From Escherichia coli (GTDB lineage: Bacteria; Pseudomonadota; Gammaproteobacteria; Enterobacterales; Enterobacteriaceae): a DNA stretch of 64,000 nt. The position numbers and the translations under genes are program-made. Position 1 is the stretch's first letter, and the number at the start of each line of letters is the position of its first letter. The stretch lies in the NCBI RefSeq assembly GCF_965641715.1, contig NZ_OZ282453.1; one strand, written 5' to 3'. Shown piece after piece: positions 10,770-17,649 of the stretch. The notes under the pieces were generated by a model. The model was not told the origin of the DNA. It worked only from the letters and a program-made list of their open reading frames with translations, and did not search any database.

Positions 10770-10862
10770 TTTGTTTTAACCTCATGACAGATTTAAGGAT
10801 GAACAAATCCCTGCCATTGCTGGCATATAAGAATGAAACCGGATATTTATTACGGAACTGTT

Positions 10863-11054
10863 TTAAAGACCTGCCGGGATTTCGATATTATCCTGGTGAA
10901 TAACTTTATCGACCGGGTAACAGTTACCGGGAATTTTCTGTTCGGTTGCTGCAGTCATACACTCCTGCATTGTCCTGTGAACACTGTCTGCAATATCAAC
11001 TGGCTCTCCGGAAACAAGAAAAGCTGTCAGAACAAGCGCAAATGCTGAATTCAT
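10863..11054 (-). CDS. ydfD: small secreted/lysis-associated protein YdfD
   Basis: Internal ATG gives MNSAFALVLTAFLVSGEPVDIADSVHRTMQECMTAATEQKIPGNCYPVDKVIHQDNIEIPAGL (63 aa). Its start overlaps the dicB stop. Confidence 0.85.
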   Translation of the reverse strand: MNSAFALVLTAFLVSGEPVDIADSVHRTMQECMTAATEQKIPGNCYPVDKVIHQDNIEIPAGL

Positions 11055-11239
11055 TGTGTACATCCTTTTGGCATCAGACGTAAACGAGCCAGCATTGAAA
11101 CAATGCATATTTTATTTAATAGCTCCCGTTCTTGTTTTCTCTTGTTAATGGCATCTTCAGTAAATACAGGGTTACTGATAGTGACACCAATTTCAAAACA
11201 ACCTTCAGACGTATTAACGTTTGGTAATAACGTTTTCAT
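11051..11239 (-). CDS. dicB: cell-division inhibitor DicB
   Basis: MKTLLPNVNTSEGCFEIGVTISNPVFTEDAINKRKQERELLNKICIVSMLARLRLMPKGCTQ (62 aa), near-identical to K-12 DicB from memory. Confidence 0.92.
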   Translation of the reverse strand: MKTLLPNVNTSEGCFEIGVTISNPVFTEDAINKRKQERELLNKICIVSMLARLRLMPKGCTQ

Positions 11240-11407
11240 TATCGCGTCCTCAACAATGAATTTTGTGATGCAGTGCCTGGTGCCTCCAGGTGACGTTAAC
11301 CAGTTAACAATTAACGCCGGATACAGAGAATCCACCCATAACACTGTTTTTGGTTTTAACTGTTCCGCGTGCGCTTAGCCGCATTCACCGCATCACAAAA
11401 TTCACTT

Positions 11408-11465
11408 TAAAAACGGCGGCAGAGCAGTCACGGAGTAAAACTGATACCGCCAAACGTCACCAGAA
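11408..11465 (-). ncRNA. dicF: DicF small regulatory RNA (ftsZ-targeting)
   Basis: The minus strand reads TTTCTGGTGACGTTTGGCGGTATCAGTTTTACTCCGTGACTGCTCTGCCGCCGTTTTT, which is the DicF sequence with its terminator hairpin and U-tail, directly upstream of dicB. Confidence 0.9.
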
Positions 11466-11497
11466 AATTGATAACAGAGGGCGTTGCAGCGGGGTTG

Positions 11498-11728
11498 TCA
11501 CTTAAGCGTATGGTCAACCTGACAACTCGGTGTCCTCAACGGGGAAGGAATAACCCCGCCATACTTACCGCCGCGCCATTTCGCGGGTTGCCACAACCGG
11601 AAGCGCACGGTCGAATTAAATTTAACGACACCGTACAGTGAGACGAACTTCGCCGTGCGCTTTCGTGTTGTGTGCCTGCTTTTAACCACGTCAGGCGAGG
11701 TGGTATCCTTCTTATCCAGAATAACCAA
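11498..11728 (-). CDS. ydfC: hypothetical basic protein upstream of dicF (ydfC position)
   Basis: 76-aa ORF ending 33 nt before the DicF 5' end. Assigned by synteny only. Confidence 0.4.
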   Translation of the reverse strand: MVILDKKDTTSPDVVKSRHTTRKRTAKFVSLYGVVKFNSTVRFRLWQPAKWRGGKYGGVIPSPLRTPSCQVDHTLK

Positions 11729-11741
11729 GAAGGAAATCTAT

Positions 11742-11942
11742 ATGACTAAAGAAGAATTTGTCTCTTATATTTTTGATAAAACGGTTGAAATGTATGCCGC
11801 TACTTACGGGTCCTGTAATCCTCTGAATAAACCAGAGGGGAAAGATGATTTCGACAAAATTTACCGCTTCTTGGAGGACCGCTATATCAAAAGGTTAGAG
11901 GACGCAGGGATCAAATCCCCAGTGAAGTCACCATTGTCCTGA
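11742..11942 (+). CDS. hypothetical 66-aa acidic protein, antisense to the dicB operon
   Basis: ATG 11742 is preceded by AAGGAA (11730-11735). MTKEEFVSYIFDKTVEMYAATYGSCNPLNKPEGKDDFDKIYRFLEDRYIKRLEDAGIKSPVKSPLS. Confidence 0.4.
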   Translation: MTKEEFVSYIFDKTVEMYAATYGSCNPLNKPEGKDDFDKIYRFLEDRYIKRLEDAGIKSPVKSPLS

Positions 11943-12288
11943 GAACTTGCAGGACGTCATGATCGTAACTTCCATCCAAACCGCGACGGCAAATTGCTTC
12001 TCGTATTACCGGAAGCAGTTCGCTGGAAATCTCGGTGCATATTTCACCTGATAATACGCCTGGCTCAAGTGAGAATATTGGTGAACTTACGGTCTTGGTC
12101 TCGACAGTTTCAGAGTCAGTGCCAACATTATAAAGCTCAACGAAAGCGGTCTTGATTTTCCGGGCCAGATCTTTTGCTGGCTCGCTTGCAATATCTTTCC
12201 CGATTTCTCGCAGCACAGAATGCAATGTATGAGCTGCTGTTTTCTGTACATCAGACGGTAAATCTTTAAATTCCATCGTCAGCCTCAT
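11911..12288 (-). CDS. hypothetical 125-aa protein of the dicB operon
   Basis: The ORF start overlaps the ydfA stop in an ATGA arrangement (translational coupling). No recognisable motif. Confidence 0.55.
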   Translation of the reverse strand: MRLTMEFKDLPSDVQKTAAHTLHSVLREIGKDIASEPAKDLARKIKTAFVELYNVGTDSETVETKTVSSPIFSLEPGVLSGEICTEISSELLPVIREAICRRGLDGSYDHDVLQVLRTMVTSLGI

Positions 12289-12440
12289 CAGTCAGTGTTT
12301 CTGGCTAACCAGCAACGCGCGCCAGATTCGGTTTTAAACGTTTTGCTTTTGGTATATGTCATCGCGGTGAACGTACCGTCCTGGTTGGGGAACACGCCAC
12401 ATACCAGAGATTCGCTGTTGCCAAGATCGATAGTATCCAT
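12288..12440 (-). CDS. ydfA: small protein YdfA
   Basis: MDTIDLGNSESLVCGVFPNQDGTFTAMTYTKSKTFKTESGARCWLARNTD (50 aa) resembles K-12 YdfA. Confidence 0.8.
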   Translation of the reverse strand: MDTIDLGNSESLVCGVFPNQDGTFTAMTYTKSKTFKTESGARCWLARNTD

Positions 12441-12555
12441 GCTGACCTCATTTCCCCTTAACGCCGGGGTAGCGGAACTGTTTGCTGAGAACACCGTGCG
12501 GTGTCTTGATGGAAGTAATTTAGTTTTCTCATTATTTTTCGTCAAGGTTTTTTTA

Positions 12556-12575
12556 TGAGAAAACTCAAGTATTGG
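12556..12575. promoter_or_regulatory. operator-like palindrome (copy 2) upstream of ydfA / dicB operon
   Basis: TGAGAAAACTCAAGTATTGG matches 13091-13110 at 19 of 20 positions. Confidence 0.5.
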
Positions 12576-12632
12576 CGCAAGATAAAGCCAATACATTGAA
12601 ATGTAAGGCTTTAAAATTTTGTGAAGGGATGA

Positions 12633-13040
12633 TTATTGATGCTTGTTGCGTTTGCGAGCCTCTAATAGCTCGGTGAACAGGCGATTAAAATTCTCAACGC
12701 GGGCGCGGAGTTCGCTGAGTTGTGCTTGTTGCTCTGATTTAGGAAGTGCGCGATACAAACGCAGCATCTCTAACTCATCTTCCGATAAGTCTAAGGCACT
12801 ATCGAGTGAAACAGGGGGAGCTGGTGTTTTGTCCTCGTCGCCAAACAGTATCCAGGTTGGTGAACATTGCAATACCTCGGCGAGGCGATGCAAATTTTGC
12901 CCGCGCGGGGCTGTATGGTCACTTTCCCATAATGAAATTGATGAGCCAGATACGCCAGCAGCTTTGCTTAAACCGTTTTGACTTAAGCCTACCTGCTTAC
13001 GTCTTTCTCTAATGCGTTGACCTAAAGTTTTCTCGTTCAT
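12633..13040 (-). CDS. dicA: XRE-family HTH prophage repressor (DicA homologue, cI analogue)
   Basis: ATG 13040 gives MNEKTLGQRIRERRKQVGLSQNGLSKAAGVSGSSISLWE...VLQCSPTWILFGDEDK... (135 aa), with the same length and conserved blocks as DicA. Confidence 0.8.
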   Translation of the reverse strand: MNEKTLGQRIRERRKQVGLSQNGLSKAAGVSGSSISLWESDHTAPRGQNLHRLAEVLQCSPTWILFGDEDKTPAPPVSLDSALDLSEDELEMLRLYRALPKSEQQAQLSELRARVENFNRLFTELLEARKRNKHQ

Positions 13041-13090
13041 ATTTAGATATCTTAATAACCCTTGACTTGAGATTCCTTGAGTGATTAGCA

Positions 13091-13110
13091 TTGAGAAAAC
13101 TCAATATTGG
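13091..13110. promoter_or_regulatory. operator palindrome TTGAG-AAAA-CTCAA in the dicA/dicC divergent region
   Basis: Perfect 5+4+5 palindrome between the divergent repressor genes. A second copy lies at 12556-12575. Confidence 0.55.
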
Positions 13111-13117
13111 AGGTGCG

Positions 13118-13345
13118 ATGTTTAAATCAGACGTAATTAATTTTTACGGTACGAAAGCCAAAGTAGCGAAAGCTGCTGGCGTTGACCCATCTGCTGTTTC
13201 TCAATGGCAAGAGCTGGTTCCTGAAGGTCGCGCGATGCGTCTACAGGAGGCATCTGGCGGCGAGCTTCTGTATGATCCCAAGGTTTATGACGAATATCGT
13301 AAGACGAAGCGGGCGGGGCGGTTGAACAATGAAAATCACTCCTGA
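13118..13345 (+). CDS. dicC: Cro-like regulator (DicC/YdaS family)
   Basis: SD GGAGGTG then ATG 13118. MFKSDVINFYGTKAKVAKAAGVDPSAVSQWQELVPEGRAMRLQEASGGELLYDPKVYDEYRKTKRAGRLNNENHS. Confidence 0.75.
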   Translation: MFKSDVINFYGTKAKVAKAAGVDPSAVSQWQELVPEGRAMRLQEASGGELLYDPKVYDEYRKTKRAGRLNNENHS

Positions 13346-13850
13346 ACAGGCTCGTGAGGCTCTGGATGCCTGGATATGTCGACCAGGAATGACACAGGAG
13401 CAGGCGACGATATTAATCACTGAAGCATTCTGGGCTTTGAAAGAGCGCCCGAACATCGATGTTCAGCGTGTCACAGATGAAGGTGGCGCGGTTGATCAGC
13501 GAGCGCTTGGCGTTAATCGAGTGAAGATATTCGAACGCTGGAAGGCTATCGACACTAGGGATAAGCGTGAAAAGTTCACGGCGCTAGTGCCTGCAATTAT
13601 GGAGGCTATCCGGATTAATGATTTCAGGTTGTATCGTGAAATTAGTGACGGAAAAAGCATCACGTACATGATCGCCGGGTTAAACAAAGAATATGGCGAT
13701 GTGGTGGAGTCCGGACTGCTTTTTGCTGATCCTGCCGTAGTGGATCGTGAAACTGACGAACTTATAGAAAAAGCAATTGCTTTCAAACTTGCGTATCGAC
13801 AGCAATACCAACAAAAAGCTGGATGGAATTATGAGCCTTCTTTTTGCTGA
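13329..13850 (+). CDS. YdaT-family (CII-analogue) regulator
   Basis: 173 aa. The block FERWKAIDTRDKREKFTALVPAIMEAI resembles Rac YdaT HRWLKGETKTQREKIQKLIPAILAIL. It lies downstream of the cro-like gene. Confidence 0.6.
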   Translation: MKITPEQAREALDAWICRPGMTQEQATILITEAFWALKERPNIDVQRVTDEGGAVDQRALGVNRVKIFERWKAIDTRDKREKFTALVPAIMEAIRINDFRLYREISDGKSITYMIAGLNKEYGDVVESGLLFADPAVVDRETDELIEKAIAFKLAYRQQYQQKAGWNYEPSFC

Positions 13851-14796
13851 ACGCCCACTGGTTATAAACACACAGCTTGCGATGAAGATTGGCTTAAATG
13901 AAGCCATTGTGTTGCAGCAGTTGCATTACTGGTTGAGAGATACCAATTCCGGCATGGAATGTGATGGTGTTCGCTGGATTTACAACACAACGGAACAATG
14001 GCTGGAACAGTTCCCATTCTGGTCAGAGTCAACGTTAAAGCGCGCGTTTGCAAGTCTGAAAACGCTGGGGCTTTTGCGTTGTGAAAAGCTCAATAAATCA
14101 AAGCGCGATATGACCAATTTCTACACGATCAACTACGGGAGCGAGCTTTTAGATGGTGGCAAATTGAGCGAATCCATCGGTTTAAAATGCGCCGCTCCAT
14201 CAGGTCAAAATGACACGATGGAAGAGGTCAAAATGAAACGCTCCATTGGTTCAAAACGACCCAATGTCATCGGGTCAAAATGGCCTGATGATCTTACAGA
14301 GAATACAACAGAGATTACTACAGAGAATAAAAACACTTTTCGTCCGGAAGCTTCGCAACCGGACCCGCAGACCGCTGAACAGGATTTTTTAACCCGGAAC
14401 CCCGACGCGGTTGTGTTTAGTGCGAAAAAACGCCAGTGGGGTAGCAGGGAGGATTTGGCGTGTGCGCAGTGGATTTGGGGGCGGATCGTGAACCTTTACG
14501 AACAGGCTGCCAGCGACGATGGAGAGATCATGCGACCAAAAGAGCCTAACTGGACAGCCTGGGCCAATGACGTGCGCACAATGCGGATGCTGGATGGCAG
14601 AAGCCACAGACAAATTTGCGAAATGTTTGGTCGGGTACAGCGAGATCAATTCTGGGTAAAAAACATCATGAGCCCGTCAAAACTCCGCGAAAAATGGGAC
14701 GAACTGGTCATCCGCCTGGGACGTTCACCTGTACAGCGTTGTATGAATCATATTTCTGAACCGGATACAGAAATTCCGCCTGGTTTCAGAGGATAA
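13831..14796 (+). CDS. replication initiator / replisome-organiser-like protein
   Basis: ATG 13831 gives MSLLFAERPLVINTQLAMKIGLNEAIVLQQLHYWL... (winged-helix-like N-terminus), at the position of lambda O. Confidence 0.6.
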   Translation: MSLLFAERPLVINTQLAMKIGLNEAIVLQQLHYWLRDTNSGMECDGVRWIYNTTEQWLEQFPFWSESTLKRAFASLKTLGLLRCEKLNKSKRDMTNFYTINYGSELLDGGKLSESIGLKCAAPSGQNDTMEEVKMKRSIGSKRPNVIGSKWPDDLTENTTEITTENKNTFRPEASQPDPQTAEQDFLTRNPDAVVFSAKKRQWGSREDLACAQWIWGRIVNLYEQAASDDGEIMRPKEPNWTAWANDVRTMRMLDGRSHRQICEMFGRVQRDQFWVKNIMSPSKLREKWDELVIRLGRSPVQRCMNHISEPDTEIPPGFRG

Positions 14797-14836
14797 GTTT
14801 TGATTTCAGGTCATGAGGTAATTTTAAGGGGGACTT

Positions 14837-15238
14837 GTGGCAAAAGTTTTTACACAAGAAGAGCGGGAAAAAATTAAAGGGCAGGTGGTGGAACTCGTGC
14901 GCCAGAGCGGTCGTGAGACGTTACGGCAACTGGAAGCTAAAACAGGTGCGACTAGATATCTGATGAGCGTTCTTGCCAGAGAGCTGGTAGCCAGTGGCGA
15001 TGTATACAACTCCGGCTACGGGTTATTCCCGTCTGAACAGGCGCGTAAGGACTGGCAAAACGCCCGCAAAAAACTATCGAGGGCAAAGGTGAAGAAAACA
15101 GCTGTGGTTGATCCGGACCTTATCTGGTCGTTACCTGATGGAGAAATACGTCGCTACGACAGTCGCCTAAACATAATCTGTCGCGAGTGCCGGATGAGTG
15201 AAGTTATGCAGCGCATACTGGCATTTTATCAGGGATAA
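14837..15238 (+). CDS. hypothetical 133-aa protein (winged-helix-like N-terminus, basic linker)
   Basis: GTG-start ORF after the replication gene. No helicase-loader motifs seen. Confidence 0.5.
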   Translation: MAKVFTQEEREKIKGQVVELVRQSGRETLRQLEAKTGATRYLMSVLARELVASGDVYNSGYGLFPSEQARKDWQNARKKLSRAKVKKTAVVDPDLIWSLPDGEIRRYDSRLNIICRECRMSEVMQRILAFYQG

Positions 15239-15619
15239 TGTTAGGTATTTTAGACGTTACTAGATTAAAAAGCATTAGTTCAGGAGTGAATTGACATTCT
15301 CATTTTTCATGGCACAGGGTAGATCTGGCGTGGTTGTCCGCTTTGTGCCAAGAGCGGACGTTGGTATGCAAGAGCCCTCCAAAAGTTGATGGTTGGTTTG
15401 CAGGGGGGCTTAAAGAAACTGCACTTATCAAGTTGAAGTTCTGTATTCAGCGAAATCGTAGCACTCTGACGATAAGTAACTCCGGTACTCCGCTCTTCGA
15501 TGAAGAACCAGAGTAATCCCCCCGAAAAACCAGCGCATCAAAATTGGATCTTCAGCGGTAGCTTATCGGCTATCGGAAGTACAGGTGTGGATTCGTGGTG
15601 AATTGCTTTGATAATAAAC

Positions 15620-15645
15620 GATTAATACGGAAAAACGTATTAATC
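15620..15645. terminator. hairpin GATTAATACG-gaaaaa-CGTATTAATC, terminator of the 449-aa gene
   Basis: Perfect 10-bp inverted repeat 28 nt downstream of the stop at 15673, with T-rich flanks on the minus strand. Confidence 0.6.
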
Positions 15646-15672
15646 ATTTATTAGCTTTTAGTAAACCACAAT

Positions 15673-17022
15673 TTATTCCGTTTTACATATCATAGTAGTC
15701 GATTGGAGAATATAGTTTCTGGGAATGTACTCTTCAAAGTGTTCGTCCTTTTTAAATACATGAACTACATTTGGGAATAATTGATAGTCAACAGGGTGTA
15801 TAGCGTTTGGATTATGGTACATGTACATGGCTGTACACCATGGTTCTTGATAGTTAGGGTCACTTACATCGGCTGAAAATGGATGTGGGGCTGCATCCTG
15901 ATCAGTTTTAACACCACTGACGTACACTTTGAATCCACTCGCCTCTACACCTGCAAGAATTCCCATCCGGTTAAACTTAGGTATGGTTGCTTGAGTAGTG
16001 AGTAAAACGGCAGAAACATAATTATTTTGTTCTGAGCCAAAAAAGTTCGACTTGATACTTCTATTTTCATCTGTATGTCTTTCAATAGAAATGCCTGACT
16101 CAATATCAATCCCGTACAAATAGCTATGCAAGGCTTCGCTTGAGAAGGCCATGGACATTCTTTTTGAATAATCCTGCATTGCTATGACAAATGGTTTGTT
16201 CTTTGTATGGTTGAGTTCCCAGTAATGAACTTTCTCTGGCTCAGGGCAATGCCGGACTTTTTTTAATAAACTTCTTGCAAACTTAAAAGGCATGACATTT
16301 AGAACATGTTTTCTTAATTCATCCATCTGTTCATCGTTAATGACTTTTCTTTCAAGAGGGGCTTCTGCTTCAGCAATGCTTACAGCCTCTACAGCAATTT
16401 CCACTCCAAATTTAGATAGCAGAAAATCTGGTTGATTGTATTCTCTATTCATTTCAAAGTCGAGTTCATAAAATACAGCGTTCAAATATAATTCAAATAA
16501 CCTTGAATTAAATGCATCACTTTGAAAATCCCTTATAAATATTCCATCAGGATCTTTGAACCAGTATGCAAGTTCCTCAAGAACAATATATGCAGGGAAA
16601 TGAGGAGGGTCTTCGAGGAGCATTTTTATATAAACATTCCTTTTTTTCTCTGGGACTTTACTCAAGAATAATGAAAAAGGTTTGGTTGATTCATCGCCTT
16701 GCATGAATGTACCATTTTGGTGCTGCGCCAGCATCTTTGGTATGTCATCGTTCAAATTATTAAGCAAGACATCCATTGAATCAAATGAAGCCAAGACGTT
16801 TATTGCTCTGAATTTTTTATCTAAATCCCGACCTAAGACTATTGCGTTAAAATCTTTATCAATATTGCATATGATTATTGTGGATAACAATGTTATCCCA
16901 TTCCCCTCATATTTAAACCAGCGTATCTCCTCAGAAAATGTCTTAAGGTAAGGTGAGCGACCGTAAAAATAAATATCAAATTGTTCTTTGCTGATCTCAC
17001 TGAAGTGTAATCCTGCGTTCAT
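15673..17022 (-). CDS. 449-aa orphan cytoplasmic protein; possible degenerate PD-(D/E)xK-like nuclease core; candidate defence/abortive-infection gene
   Basis: Single long ORF with SD AAGGAA. Strongly AT-rich and opposite in orientation to the flanking phage genes. Motif string RLFE177LYL...QPD199FLLSKFGVE208IAVE212AV. No TM segment, signal peptide or Walker A motif. Confidence 0.85.
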   Translation of the reverse strand: MNAGLHFSEISKEQFDIYFYGRSPYLKTFSEEIRWFKYEGNGITLLSTIIICNIDKDFNAIVLGRDLDKKFRAINVLASFDSMDVLLNNLNDDIPKMLAQHQNGTFMQGDESTKPFSLFLSKVPEKKRNVYIKMLLEDPPHFPAYIVLEELAYWFKDPDGIFIRDFQSDAFNSRLFELYLNAVFYELDFEMNREYNQPDFLLSKFGVEIAVEAVSIAEAEAPLERKVINDEQMDELRKHVLNVMPFKFARSLLKKVRHCPEPEKVHYWELNHTKNKPFVIAMQDYSKRMSMAFSSEALHSYLYGIDIESGISIERHTDENRSIKSNFFGSEQNNYVSAVLLTTQATIPKFNRMGILAGVEASGFKVYVSGVKTDQDAAPHPFSADVSDPNYQEPWCTAMYMYHNPNAIHPVDYQLFPNVVHVFKKDEHFEEYIPRNYILQSTTMICKTE

Positions 17023-17123
17023 ACCAATTCCTTTTCAATGAATAATTGGCCTTTAGGAGTGATTCCCTTTGTCTTTAATTCAGTTCTAACTAGTTCTTTA
17101 ATCCAATAGCCTAAGCTCATCAT
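17019..17123 (-). CDS. possible 34-aa leader/partner ORF translationally coupled to the 449-aa gene
   Basis: MMSLGYWIKELVRTELKTKGITPKGQLFIEKELV. Its TGA overlaps the ATG of the 449-aa gene (GTATGAAC). No clear SD. Confidence 0.25.
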   Translation of the reverse strand: MMSLGYWIKELVRTELKTKGITPKGQLFIEKELV

Positions 17124-17163
17124 GCAGTTGGATCATAAGACAACGCCCTATAGTGCTCGTGAT

Positions 17164-17191
17164 ACTATAGGGCATCTGACCACACTGTTAA
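17164..17191 (-). promoter_or_regulatory. predicted sigma70 promoter of the 449-aa gene (TTAACA-N16-TATAGT)
   Basis: On the minus strand the -35 is at 17186-17191 and the -10 at 17164-17169. The -10 lies inside the palindrome at 17145-17173. Confidence 0.45.
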
Positions 17192-17464
17192 CTGGAGTAA
17201 CGACTATGGCAGGAATACAGCATAACCAAACTCACCCCAAACTTACATAGCGCTTTCTGGCCGTGAGCATAACAAGGTCCACTCCTCGCTCAAAGCGGAC
17301 TAGAAGGTTAGCTTGTGTCGGACTTTGCGTATTAAATGACTAGTGGTTGAGCCCCATTTCCACAGAAAAAATCAGAGAAACTATACCCAATAGTTGTATT
17401 GAATCACTGACGAGACAGCCTCATATTCATCAGGACTGGTGTACGTCCAATACAGGAGGTTGTG

Positions 17465-17554
17465 GTGCTGGTTCTCAAATGTGCGCTGGCTATTACGGCT
17501 GTAATGGCGATTTATTGTCTTGCTATTGTTCTTATGGATCGCCTTTCTGACTGA
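17465..17554 (+). CDS. 29-aa hydrophobic peptide (30 aa if started at the adjacent GTG 17462): small membrane protein / type I toxin-like
   Basis: AGGAGG (17454-17459) lies 5 nt before GTG 17465. (M)LVLKCALAITAVMAIYCLAIVLMDRLSD, stop at 17552-17554. Confidence 0.45.
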   Translation: MLVLKCALAITAVMAIYCLAIVLMDRLSD

Positions 17555-17649
17555 TTTCACATTGGCGAGGTAACGGTAGTTAAGTAGAATGGCTGCGGGT
17601 GCTTGAGGCTATCTGCCTCGGGCATGAACACCAACGGCAGATAGAGAAA

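Noticed and set aside
15673-17022. Walker A/P-loop in the 449-aa protein (YGRSPYLKT near the N-terminus)
   Set aside because: The sequence is G-x5-L-K-T rather than G-x4-G-K-[ST], and no Walker B follows. It should not be called an ATPase.
17347-17550. 67-aa Cys/Gly-rich ORF (microcin-like look: ...SNTGGCGAGSQMCAGYYGCNGDLLSCYCSYGSPF) and a 59-aa GTG-start ORF on the opposite strand
   Set aside because: It has a TTG start, no SD and no double-glycine leader consensus. The +1 frame carries a much better-supported AGGAGG-GTG hydrophobic peptide ORF. The long frames were kept only as a caveat to that finding.
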